64,000 nt of DNA, taken from the NCBI GenBank assembly GCA_963850305.1, contig CAWKKR010000001.1:128001-192000 (forward strand). The letters run 5' to 3'. Below the pieces are notes generated by a model. It saw only the letters and a program-made list of their open reading frames with translations, was not told the DNA's origin and ran no database searches. The stretch is from an uncultured delta proteobacterium. GTDB taxonomy: Bacteria; Myxococcota_A; Polyangia; Polyangiales; Polyangiaceae. Shown here in pieces: positions 19,586 through 29,229 of the stretch. Positions within the stretch are counted from its first letter, which is position 1. Every line of letters begins with the position of its first letter. A program made the translations under genes and the position numbers.

Positions 19586-20425
19586 ATGAAACGCCCCACC
19601 GTGGCCGACGATGCAACGCGGCCGTTCGGCCTCGACCTCCGATACGATTGTGAAACACACGTCCTGCCGCGGGGACTGTCGCAGCGGTTCGTGCGGCTCG
19701 GCCTGGACGAGGCAGGACGTGAATACCTGGCGAGAGCGCTTGCGACGCGACCGGGTCGCGCGAAGACCACTCTGCACCGCGTTCTCCGGACGTGGATGTC
19801 GGACTTCGACGTCAACGGTTTGCTCGACATGTATCCGATGCACCTGCTCGGTACGACCCAGTGGCGTGAGTTGCTTGGCGAGGACCGCGCCCGAAGGCAC
19901 CTGGACGTCGGGGCGGGATCCGGCGACGTGACCCGCACGTTTGCTCCGCTGGTCGGGGAGACGGTGACGACGGAGACGTCGCGGGTGATGGCCCGAAAGC
20001 TCCGCCGGGACGGCTTCCGCTGCTACGAAGCCGACCTTTCGGAGGCTGACGTGCCGGACCCGGGCTATGACGTCGTCACTTGTCTGAACGTGCTTGACCG
20101 GTGCGCGCGACCGCGCTCGCTCCTGCGAAAGCTGGGCGACGCGCTTTCGCCCGGGGGGCACCTGGTGCTCGCGACGCCGCTGCCGTTCGATCCGTTCGTC
20201 TATGACGGACCCGCGTCGCGCGCGCCACTCGAGAGCCTCGACCTGAATGGCGATGGCTGGGAACACTCGGTCGCACGCCTTGCGGAAAATGTGCTCGAGC
20301 CGCTCGGGTTCCGGATAGAAAAAGTGTCGCGGGTTCCTTACCTGTGCCGCGGCGACGCCGAACGGCCCATCTACGTGCTCGACGACGCGCTCCTGGTCTG
20401 TGCAAAAACGGAACGCCGCAGCTAG
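19586..20425 (+). CDS. METTL9/DREV-family SAM-dependent methyltransferase
   Basis: MSDFDVNGLL, LDVGAGSGDVT, YDVVTCLNVLDRC, LPFDPFV, RVPYLCRGD..YVLDDALLV, collinear with METTL9 motifs as recalled. Confidence 0.88.
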   Translation: MKRPTVADDATRPFGLDLRYDCETHVLPRGLSQRFVRLGLDEAGREYLARALATRPGRAKTTLHRVLRTWMSDFDVNGLLDMYPMHLLGTTQWRELLGEDRARRHLDVGAGSGDVTRTFAPLVGETVTTETSRVMARKLRRDGFRCYEADLSEADVPDPGYDVVTCLNVLDRCARPRSLLRKLGDALSPGGHLVLATPLPFDPFVYDGPASRAPLESLDLNGDGWEHSVARLAENVLEPLGFRIEKVSRVPYLCRGDAERPIYVLDDALLVCAKTERRS

Positions 20426-20599
20426 TCTCCGTCCGATCATCCAGACGGCCGCGAGAACGTGAGGCAGCCGTGCGCGTGAGGAAATGCGTCCAGTCGGGTT
20501 GACTGATCCGCGGGTTCGCCGTAACTTCCATCGAACGAGCCCAAGCGCACGTAGAATCCGACGCGGCTCGCGCACAGGAAGAAAGAGGATCAGAGAGCG

Positions 20600-20974
20600 A
20601 TGGCGAGGAGCAAGGCAGGAACGCGATTGAAGGTGGTGTTCGAACAGGAGGGGTCCGGCTGGCGTGCGTCGGCTTCCGGCTCCGAAGCGTGGGGACGGAG
20701 CCTCTCGGAGGCGCGGCGCAAGATCAAGAAGGCGCTCGGGGCGACCGGGAAAAAGGCAGAACTCGTCGAGGACGTGCGCCTTCCGGCAAGCGCAAAGAAG
20801 GACCTCGAGAAGTATGCCGAGGCACGGCAACGAGCGCAGGCCGAGGTCGCGAATCTCCGGTACGCGACACGTCACGTGGTCGCGACCCTCACGGGCAAGT
20901 TCGGCATCAGCCTGCGGGATGCGAGCTCTCTGCTCGGCCTGTCGCGAGAGCGTGTCCGCCAGCTGACTGCCTGA
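20600..20974 (+). CDS. HicB-like protein with C-terminal helix-turn-helix
   Basis: GAGG RBS; VVFEQEGSGW..WGRSLSEARRKIKKAL (HicB-like) and GISLRDASSLLGLSRERVRQL (HTH). Confidence 0.7.
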   Translation: MARSKAGTRLKVVFEQEGSGWRASASGSEAWGRSLSEARRKIKKALGATGKKAELVEDVRLPASAKKDLEKYAEARQRAQAEVANLRYATRHVVATLTGKFGISLRDASSLLGLSRERVRQLTA

Positions 20975-21064
20975 CCGCGTCCGTTGACACGGCCGTTCGA
21001 TCTCCCGGACGCGCGTCGGCATCCTGGACACCTCGGCTCGACGCAAGTAGAGACGTCGCTCGAA

Positions 21065-21147
21065 GCCGAAGTGGCGGAATGGCAGACGCGGCGGACTCAA
21101 AATCCGTTGTCTTCACGGACGTGTGGGTTCGAGTCCCACCTTCGGCA
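21065..21147 (+). tRNA. tRNA-Leu(CAA)
   Basis: Acceptor GCCGAAG/CTTCGGC-A, D-loop GG, anticodon arm GCGGA-CTCAAAA-TCCGT, long variable arm, GTTCGAG T-loop; CCA not encoded. Confidence 0.97.
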
Positions 21148-21227
21148 CTGGCGAGCAAGGGACTGAGAGCGTATCGGATCGACGTGATGGTTGCGGCGTG
21201 CCGCATCCGAGCAAGGAGCCGACGGAA

Positions 21228-21545
21228 ATGAACATGGGACGACCCGCCGTGATTGCCGTCATGCTGTTCGCGTTCTCGGGGCTCGGAATCCGCGAATCAA
21301 AAGCCGCGACGCCGAAGTGCATCGACACGTGGACCGAGGCCATTTACCGGAACTACGGATACGACCACATCGTTCACGTGAGAAATCGGTGCGAGCGCGC
21401 CGCAGCATGCGACGTGTCCACGGACGTGAACCCGGAAGTTCAACACGTCACCGTTCCGCCTGCGCACGAGACGGCAGTCCAGACGTTTCGTGGATCGCCA
21501 GCGCGCGTGTTCGTGGCTCGCGTGAATTGCGAACTCGGCACGTGA
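21228..21545 (+). CDS. Small secreted Cys-containing beta protein
   Basis: AAGGAG RBS, signal peptide, four Cys, YGYDHIVHVRNRC. Confidence 0.7.
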   Translation: MNMGRPAVIAVMLFAFSGLGIRESKAATPKCIDTWTEAIYRNYGYDHIVHVRNRCERAAACDVSTDVNPEVQHVTVPPAHETAVQTFRGSPARVFVARVNCELGT

Positions 21546-21607
21546 GCTCCTGCCGGGGTGATTCGGGGTGAGGAATTCGGGCGCGGGTGTGTTATTTGAG
21601 TTCGACC

Positions 21608-22452
21608 ATGGCGGACGACCGGAAACCGAGCCGCAGTGACGCGCCCGGCCACGACCTGAGCCGCGAACGGGAGCAGGTTCTGAAAACGTTCTCGAAAGGC
21701 GCCGCGCTCACGAGGGAATTCGTAGAGGAATACGAATCGCTTCAACGGAAGGCTCAAGAACTCCAGGCCGAAAACGGAAGGCTACGCGCCGCAATCGAAG
21801 CTGACGACGCGATTCGCGATCTCATCAAGAAGATCGAAGCGCTGGAGTTCGAGAAAAAGAGCTCCTCTCGCACTACCGTCGGGTGGAAGAAGTGACGTCG
21901 GATTTCAACGCGCGCTTCCACGAGATGGAGGACGATTTTGCGAATCTGGCCAACCTGTTCGTCGCGAGCAGCAGCTTGCACTCGAGCCTCTCGCCGAGAG
22001 CCGTGACCCGTAGATTGAAGGAGGTGCTCGAGCAACTGGTGGGCGCGGAGCAATTCGGCGTGTACCTGGCGACACACGACGGCCGCTCGCTCGACGCGAT
22101 TGCGGAGGCCGGTCTCGGCGCGGACGCACCGTCGGCGGAGACGCTGGCTGCAGGCCCGGTGGGCGACGTCGCGAGAAGCGGGGTGGCGCGCATCGATGAC
22201 GACGCGGACCCGAGCCTCGGGACCATCGAGAAACCGCCGGCTGTTTTCCCGCTTCAGATCGACGACAACGTGGTCGGCGTGGTCGCGATTTTCCGGAGCT
22301 TCGGCCAAAAGACCAGGTTTTCGACGGTGGATTTCGAGCTGTTCAAGCTGCTGGGGCAGCACGCCGCGGCTGCGCTCATGAGCTCGGGCCTGTACGCTCA
22401 AGCCGAGCGGAAGCTCCCTGGCCCCGAGGCCTTCGGGGATCTGAGTCGCTAA
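21608..22452 (+). CDS. Coiled-coil + GAF domain protein, split by -1 frameshift
   Basis: One extra A in A5 (21854-21858) gives ..FEKKELLSHYRRVEEVTSDF.., then GAF (VFPLQIDDNVVGVVAIF..DFELFKLLG). Confidence 0.8.
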
Positions 22453-22829
22453 TGGCAGACTTTACGTGCCTCGTAGTCGAAGACTCGCCGATGATGCGGC
22501 AGCTCATCGTGTTTGCCCTCGGGCGAATCAAGGATCTCCACGTCACGGAGGCCGACGACGGCGTGGACGGCCTTCGGAAGCTCGCCTCGGCTCGCTACGA
22601 CGTCATCTTGACCGATATCAACATGCCCATCATGGACGGCCTGAAGCTGATTCAGCGAGTCCGCACCGACCCCGCACACAAGGACACTCCCATCGTGGTC
22701 ATCACGACCGAGGGGGGCAGCGCGGATCGCGACCGCGCTCTTCGGCTCGGAGCGAATGCTTACATCACGAAGCCTATTCAAGCGCCGAAGGTCATCGCCA
22801 CCGTCAAAGAGTTGCTCAGGATAGGCTAG
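22452..22829 (+). CDS. Single-domain CheY-like response regulator
   Basis: LVVEDS, LTDINMPIMDG, ITTE, YITKP. Confidence 0.95.
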   Translation: MADFTCLVVEDSPMMRQLIVFALGRIKDLHVTEADDGVDGLRKLASARYDVILTDINMPIMDGLKLIQRVRTDPAHKDTPIVVITTEGGSADRDRALRLGANAYITKPIQAPKVIATVKELLRIG

Positions 22830-22833
22830 CTCG

Positions 22834-23418
22834 TTGACCGGGCAACGTGGAACAAGGCGTCCGCCGACGGCCGTCGGAACCCTTCTGGCGACGAGCCGGG
22901 ACCTGTCACCACGAGGCGATCGAATCGACCCGGACCGGTGGCGGCGCATCGTGGGCGAGCGGGTCTCGGCGCGGACCCGACCCGGCCCCCTCCGCGACCG
23001 CACGCTCGTCATCTACGCGGCGTCCGCCGTGTGGGCGCAGGAACTGACATTCCTTTCCGTGGCGATTCTCGAGCGACTGAAGTCCGAGGGGCTTGCCGTG
23101 GAGTCTCTGCGATTCCGAGTCGGCGATATTGGAGAAGTGCAGCCGAAGAGACGCGCGACCGAGCCCCCGGCCCGACCCAAGGCGAAACTCCCCGGCGACC
23201 TCGCCCAGCGACTCGCTGCGATCGAAGATCCGGCGCTGCGCGCGGTGATCGCGGAAGCAGCAGCCTTTTCGCTGGGCCGGGCGGAAAGACGAATCACTTC
23301 AGCACACCCAGGGACTCGAGCCCCTCGACCCGACGCAGCAAAAACCGCTCCGCCGGCCCGAACTCCGTCTCCACGGAACGGAGCACCGCGAGGTACTGGC
23401 GGTAAACGTTCACGCTGA
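22834..23418 (+). CDS. DUF721/DciA family protein
   Basis: WRRIVG..TRP..TLVIYAASAVWAQELTF..LRFRVG. Confidence 0.8.
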   Translation: MTGQRGTRRPPTAVGTLLATSRDLSPRGDRIDPDRWRRIVGERVSARTRPGPLRDRTLVIYAASAVWAQELTFLSVAILERLKSEGLAVESLRFRVGDIGEVQPKRRATEPPARPKAKLPGDLAQRLAAIEDPALRAVIAEAAAFSLGRAERRITSAHPGTRAPRPDAAKTAPPARTPSPRNGAPRGTGGKRSR

Positions 23419-24169
23419 CCGCCGAGAACTTTCGCAGGGACTCGTAGAGGCGTTCGACCGCCGCCGCTGGAAGCGGCCGCTTCGCGACCGAGTAGAGCTC
23501 GAACGCGTAATCCACCCAAGCCCCCTTGCTGGTCGCCTCCGCCAGCCGAACCGCATACGTGACGGCCTTCTCGGCGAGGACCGGATCGATCTCGCCGCGC
23601 GCGCGAGCAACCTGCAGAAGGTTTCGTAGATAGCTCGAAAGGATGCGTTCCGCTTCGTCGCCTCGACCGAGAGCGAGTACCTTCTCCGCCACACCGACGA
23701 GAAGGTCGAGCGCATCGCTCTTTCGCGTCGCTTCGCTGCGCTCCGAATCCGCGAAGCGGACCTCGGGTTCTTCCAGCTTGAAGCCACTGAGCGTTCTCGC
23801 CTGAAACCTGCGGTCGCGCGGGGCGTCGCTCTCCGCGACGCGCACGAACAGCTCAAAGGACTGCTGCCCGATATTCAGACGATCGCCGGATGCGAGGGTT
23901 CGAGTCCGAAGCAGCCGTTCGCCGTTGACCAGGACACCGTTGGCGCTGCCGAGATCCTCGACCGACACGGTGCCTCGTTGAACGACGAGCCGCGCATGCG
24001 TCCGCGAGACGAGCGGATCGTCGAGCACGAGCTGGCATTTGGGGCTACGCCCGATGAGCGTCTCGCCTTGCCCGACCTCCACGTCGTGCTCGCCGAACCT
24101 GAGCGAAACCCTCGGTGCCCCCTCGCGAATGGTGACGGAGATCGGACGTTTCAGGTCATCGTCGCTCAC
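23294..24169 (-). CDS. FHA domain protein with helical C-terminal domain
   Basis: IGRSPKC..VSRTHA..EDLGSANGVLVNG. Confidence 0.9.
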   Translation of the reverse strand: MSDDDLKRPISVTIREGAPRVSLRFGEHDVEVGQGETLIGRSPKCQLVLDDPLVSRTHARLVVQRGTVSVEDLGSANGVLVNGERLLRTRTLASGDRLNIGQQSFELFVRVAESDAPRDRRFQARTLSGFKLEEPEVRFADSERSEATRKSDALDLLVGVAEKVLALGRGDEAERILSSYLRNLLQVARARGEIDPVLAEKAVTYAVRLAEATSKGAWVDYAFELYSVAKRPLPAAAVERLYESLRKFSAVSVNVYRQYLAVLRSVETEFGPAERFLLRRVEGLESLGVLK

Positions 24170-24213
24170 GGTGACCCCTCACCATACTCCGCCGCGGCCC
24201 CTCGAGCCAGATA

Positions 24214-24966
24214 TCAGCGGGGCGCGCTCAAAGCTACGAGTGGCTCGAGCCCTTCCACCCTGTTCAGCAGGAACCGCTCTGCTGGACCTTTGAGCTTGCC
24301 CTTCATCTGCTCGACGTAGGTGCGCAGCCGCGCGACATCCACGCCCTTCACGCGCCGGACGCCCGCGTAGAGTTCGTCCACGACCTCGGCGGGAACGGGC
24401 TGCCCGAGGACCGTGTAAAGGTCGAAAACATAGTCGATCCAGCGCGCCTTGCCGGTCGCGGACGCAACCTTGACGGCGTAAACGGCTCCGGTCTTCGCCG
24501 TATCCGCGCTCACCTTCCGTCCCGCGCGCGCGTCTTCGAGAATGTTGGAGATGTGCACGCTGAGGATGCGCTCCGCTTCTTCGCCGCGCCCCATCGCGAG
24601 CGCCTTGTCGGCAAGCCCTCCGAGCAGGCCGAATGCGTCCGCGCGGAGGGTCGGCGCGGGCTGCGCGAGCGTGGTTGCCTGGACGCGCTGCATGCGCAAG
24701 ACGGCCATGTCCTGGCTGCCAATGCGCACCCTGTCACCGTCAGTGAGGAGCGTTCGACTGGTGATTCGGGCGTCGTTGACTCGCACGCCATTGCGGCTGC
24801 CCAGATCCTCGACATGGATCTCGTCTCCCCGGATCGTGAGAACGGCATGCCGCCGCGACACGAGTGCGTCGTCGAGTGCAAGCTGGCAATCCGCACCACG
24901 ACCGATCACGAACTCGCCATCGGTGAGCTCGAAGTCGTGCTGCTGGTACCTGAGCCGATACTTCAT
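24214..24966 (-). CDS. FHA domain protein, paralogue of downstream gene
   Basis: IGRGADC..VSRRHA..EDLGSRNGVRVN; ATG 24966. Confidence 0.9.
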   Translation of the reverse strand: MKYRLRYQQHDFELTDGEFVIGRGADCQLALDDALVSRRHAVLTIRGDEIHVEDLGSRNGVRVNDARITSRTLLTDGDRVRIGSQDMAVLRMQRVQATTLAQPAPTLRADAFGLLGGLADKALAMGRGEEAERILSVHISNILEDARAGRKVSADTAKTGAVYAVKVASATGKARWIDYVFDLYTVLGQPVPAEVVDELYAGVRRVKGVDVARLRTYVEQMKGKLKGPAERFLLNRVEGLEPLVALSAPR

Positions 24967-25099
24967 TTTCACCGGTGACGCGCGACGCCCCACGTCACGG
25001 TAGCGCGTTCTTCGCCGCGCCGTCAAAAGGGAGCCCTCCCGCGAAGGCGGACAACCCCCGCGCTCGGCTCCCCTTCAGGCAGAGCCCATATCCTCGAAC

Positions 25100-26695
25100 T
25101 CAGCCCCGCCCGATTGCGATGGTGGTCGCCTGCGTGACGTCCTTCGTGGCGCGAACTTGGTCGAGCACCGAGCTCGGGAGCGCGGTGTCCAGAGCCCAGA
25201 GCGCCGCGGCCTCTTTCGTGGACTTATCGAGCCCCATCTGCATGCTCGAAACGTTGATGCCCGCGGCCCCGAGAATCGTACCGACCGTTCCGATGACGCC
25301 CGGTCAATCGTGGTTTCGAACCACCAGGATCGACCCATCCAGGTGCGCCTCCATCTCGAACTTGCCCCAGCTCACGAGGCGAGGCGTGTGATCGCTCGCG
25401 AGCGTGCCCGCGGCGGTCGCACGCTGTCCGTCCGCTGCCACGACCGTCAGCGTGATCAGCGTCGAGAACTCCTTCTTCTGCGTCGTCCGCTGTTCGCGGA
25501 CCTCGATACCGCCGTCCTTGGCGAGAAGGGGCGCGTTCACCGCATTGACCGGCACCTCGAAGAACTGGGCGAGAAGCCCGGCAAGCGCGGAGTTCACGAT
25601 GGACGCGCTGGGGACCGTCGCCGCTTCCCCGGCGCACTCGATCTCGATCGTTCGTGGGCGCACGGAGCCGACCTGCGCGAGGAACTGACCGAGCGCGCGG
25701 CTGAGCCCGAGATACGGGCCGAGCACCGGCGCGAGCTCGCGCGGCACCGAGGGAACGTTGATCGAGTTCGAGATCTCGCCCGTCTGGAGATAGGCCGCCA
25801 CTTGCTGCGCGATCTCGAGCGCGACTCTGAGCTGTGCTTCTTCCGTGGAAGCGCCGAGATGCGGTGTGACGACGACCCTCGGGTGCTTCACGATCTCCGA
25901 GAGCCCTGGCGGCTCCTCGGGGAACACGTCGAGGGCGACACCTCCGATGTGCCCCGATTCGAGCCCACGAACCAGCGCCGTTTCGTCGTAAATGCCGCCG
26001 CGCGCGGCGTTGACGAGCATGACGCCCTTCTTCATCTTCGCGATCGCGGCATCGTTCACGACGCCCTTGGTTTCGGCCGTCAGCGGCGTGTGCACGGTGA
26101 TCGCATCGGAGCGCTTGAACAGATCGTCGAGCGACACGAGCTCGATTCCGAGCTCCGCCGCGCGCTCCGCCGTCAGGACCGGGTCATAGCCGATCACGTT
26201 CATGCGCAGGCCGCGCGCGCGATCCGCGACGATGCGGCCGATGTTGCCGAGCCCGAGGATGCCCAGCGTCTTGCCCGCCAGCTCGCGCCCCTCGAACGCC
26301 TTCTTCTCCCACTTGCCTTCCTTCATCGACGCGGACGCCTGGGGGATCTTGCGGGCGACGGAGAACAACAGCGCGATCGCGTGCTCCGCCGTGGTGACGG
26401 CGTTCCCGGTCGGCGTGTTCATCACGATGATGCCGCGGCGGGACGCCGCCTTCACGTCCACGTTGTCGACGCCGATGCCGGCACGGCCGATCACGCGGAG
26501 CTTGTCCGCCGCCTCGATGACCTTGGCCGTCACCTTCGATCCACTCCGGATGACCAGCCCCTCCACGCCGGAGAGTGCTCTCGCGAGATCTTCTTCGCCG
26601 AGGCCTGGCTTGTATTCGACCTCGATCCCGTTCGCCTGCTTCAGGAACTCGAGGCCTTCTTTGCTGAGCGAGTCACTGACGAGAACTTTGGCCAT
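25100..26695 (-). CDS. serA: D-3-phosphoglycerate dehydrogenase with in-frame TGA in ACT domain
   Basis: GRAGIGVDNVD, GLGNIG, NAARGG, TPHLGAST; after TGA 25304-25306 the frame continues PGVIGTVGTILGAAGINV.. to TGA 25100. Confidence 0.95.
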
Positions 26696-27774
26696 CACGC
26701 GTCCTTGTGGAAACCGTTCATGAACTCAACGAGCGTGCGGACCCATTCGAGGGGAACCGCGTTGTAAATCGAGGCTCGGATGCCGCCAACCGACCGGTGA
26801 CCCTTGAGGCCAACCATGCCATGCTCCTGCGCCGCCGAGACGAACTCTGCCTCGAGTTCCGGCGTCGGCAGGTTGAAGACGACGTTCATCGTCGACCGCG
26901 CGTCTCGCTCGACCGGGCATTTGTAGAAGTTCGGACGACCGTCGATGGCGTCGTAGAGCGCCTTCGCTTTTTCGCGATTGCGCTCTTCCATTGCCGGCAG
27001 ACCACCCGTCTTCTTCACGACCTCGAGGACGTTGCGCATGAGGTAAATCGCGAACGTCGGCGGGGTGTTGTAAAGGGAATTTTCGGCCGCATGGGTCGTG
27101 TACCGGAAGATCTTCGGGATATCGGTTCGCCCACCCTCGATGATATCCTTGCGGGCGATGACCAGGGTGACGCCGCTCGGTCCGATGTTCTTCTGCGCGC
27201 CGGCGTAGATCAATGCGAACTTCGAGACGTCGATCGGCTTCCACAGAATGTCGCTCGACATGTCCGCGACGAGCGGGACGTTCCCCGTGTCGGGAAACGC
27301 GTGGAATTGATTGCCGCCGATGGTCTCGTTGCTCGTGAGGTGGACGTACGCCGTCGCGGGGTCCACGCGAACTTCGGACGGCTTCGGCACGCGGGCGGGC
27401 CGCGCCTCAGCGTCGCCAATCGACCGAACCTGCCCGACCGTCTTCGCCTCCTGAAAGGCCTTCTTCCCCCAGGCGCCCGTGACGAGGTAGTCGGCACTTT
27501 TCCCCGGTGGGAGCAGGTTCATCGGGACGACGGCAAACTGCTGACTCGCTCCGCCTTGAAGGAGCAGCACCTGATGGGTCTCCGGAACGCCGAGTAACTC
27601 GCGAACGAGCCCTATCGCCTCGTTGTGCACGCCCTCATAAGCTTTGCCGCGATGGCTGTGCTCGATGATGCTCATGCCGGTACCGGCGAAGTCCGGCAGC
27701 TCGCGCTGCGCGCGTTCGAGAGCCTCGAGAGGAAGCGCCGCGGGACCAGCGTTGAAGTTCATTGCTCGCGCCAT
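26695..27774 (-). CDS. serC: Phosphoserine aminotransferase
   Basis: [48 protein letters not shown]. Confidence 0.97.
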   Translation of the reverse strand: MARAMNFNAGPAALPLEALERAQRELPDFAGTGMSIIEHSHRGKAYEGVHNEAIGLVRELLGVPETHQVLLLQGGASQQFAVVPMNLLPPGKSADYLVTGAWGKKAFQEAKTVGQVRSIGDAEARPARVPKPSEVRVDPATAYVHLTSNETIGGNQFHAFPDTGNVPLVADMSSDILWKPIDVSKFALIYAGAQKNIGPSGVTLVIARKDIIEGGRTDIPKIFRYTTHAAENSLYNTPPTFAIYLMRNVLEVVKKTGGLPAMEERNREKAKALYDAIDGRPNFYKCPVERDARSTMNVVFNLPTPELEAEFVSAAQEHGMVGLKGHRSVGGIRASIYNAVPLEWVRTLVEFMNGFHKDA

Positions 27775-27858
27775 GGATCTCCGGGAAGGTTCGAGAATAC
27801 CGCACCACCTAACGTCGATGACGCCGCGGGTCAAGGCGAGGACCGCACCTCCCTCGCT

Positions 27859-29167
27859 TCAACCCACGTCGCGTTCCGCAAGCAAGGTGTGGAAGAATAG
27901 GCCGCTCGGCACCTTCGGGTAGAAGAAGGTGGACTTCTGGGGCATCACCTCGCCCGCCTCGGCGACTCGACGGACCGTCGCGACCCCTGTCGGGTTCATC
28001 AGGAACAGCGCCTGTGAGTCACCGCTGTCGAGTTCGGCGACGCCGCGCCTTGGATCCTGGAGGTAGCGAATGTTGGTCTTGGCGGCCTGAGCCTCCTTCG
28101 TGATGCCGAGGAGGTGCTCGAGGATGCCGTCGTGGAGGATCGCGATGGCCGTGCCGCGCACGACTTCCGGTCGCTTGCCGAGGACGGGGTGACGACTCAG
28201 ATCGGCGCCCGCTCGCACGGTCAGCAATACCGCCTTGCCGCCCCTGGCCATCGCACAGATGGCGGGACCGGTCGTCGCGGCGAGTGCGCGACGCGCCGGC
28301 TCGAGTCCGCCCGTGATCGGCGCAACGTCGAAGAGCTCGCGAGAGCGGCCCACGAGGACATCGAAGTCGAAACGTGGGAGCGAATGAATCGCTCGGTGGG
28401 TCGCGAACACGACCAGACTCGGGTCGTCGCCGTTCGCAAGGAGGGCAAAGGTGAAGAGATGTTCTGCTCGCGGCGAATAAGGGACACCCGAAGCCCGCGC
28501 TTCTTCCTCGAACTCGCGCGAGAGCGACACTGCGGTTTCGTACCGATGGTGGCCGTCCGCAATCAGCAACTGGCCCGGCTTCAGCGCCGCCGTGACGCGC
28601 TCGATGGCCCCCGGATCCGCGACGCGCGACAGCCGATGTTCTATTGCGTCGTCCGTTCGAAACTCGGCGACGACGGTGCCCGCATCGAGGTCTCCGTCGA
28701 GCTTGCGACCTGGATCCGAATACAGCATGAACTGGGGCGACAGCGTGGCGCGGGTCGCGCGGGAAAGGGCGATCCGATCCTGCTTCGGGCCCGTGTGCGT
28801 ACGTTCGTGAGGAAGTACCTCCTGCGCCTCGTATGGCACGGCCCGGACGAGCGCGAAGAAGCCCTTGCGAGTGATGCGCGCGCCGCCGCCAGGAGGATCG
28901 AACGTCTGGGCGTACCCGTAATACGCGGGCGCTTCCTCGCGAACGAGCACTCCTTGGCGCTGCCAGCCCTGGAAGAGATCGCGCGCGCGCCGATAGCGCT
29001 CGTCACCAATCCCCTCCGGGAGATCGACGTGCACGACGTTGTTCGGGTGACGATCTCCCAGGCGAATGCGAAGCTCTGCGATCGATCACATCGTAGGGCG
29101 GCGCGATGACCTTTTCCAGGAGCTCGGGGGCGTAATGCAGAGGCTTCAGGGGCGCGATATCGGCCAT
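27859..29167 (-). CDS. DUF1015 family protein, split by +1 frameshift
   Basis: MADIAPLKPLHY..APPYDVID|AELRIRLGDRHPNNVVH..LPHERT, IADGHHRYETA, MPQKSTFFYPK; shift at GATCGATC 29080-29087. Confidence 0.9.
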
Positions 29168-29229
29168 TCGGGGGCGTTGGGTATCACAATCCCGGTCGAC
29201 CCGCTCGTACCCTGCCGAGATCCGACGCA

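Noticed and set aside
15720..20425. Repeat peptide as substrate of the METTL9-like enzyme
   Set aside because: Its His residues are 6 and 8 apart, not HxH, and the genes are not in one operon.
21065..21545. Integrative element at tRNA-Leu
   Set aside because: No integrase and no duplicated tRNA 3' end noticed in the window.
25304..25306. Selenocysteine or programmed readthrough in serA
   Set aside because: The position in the ACT D-x-PG motif is not a Cys site; CGA->TGA at GATC is simpler.
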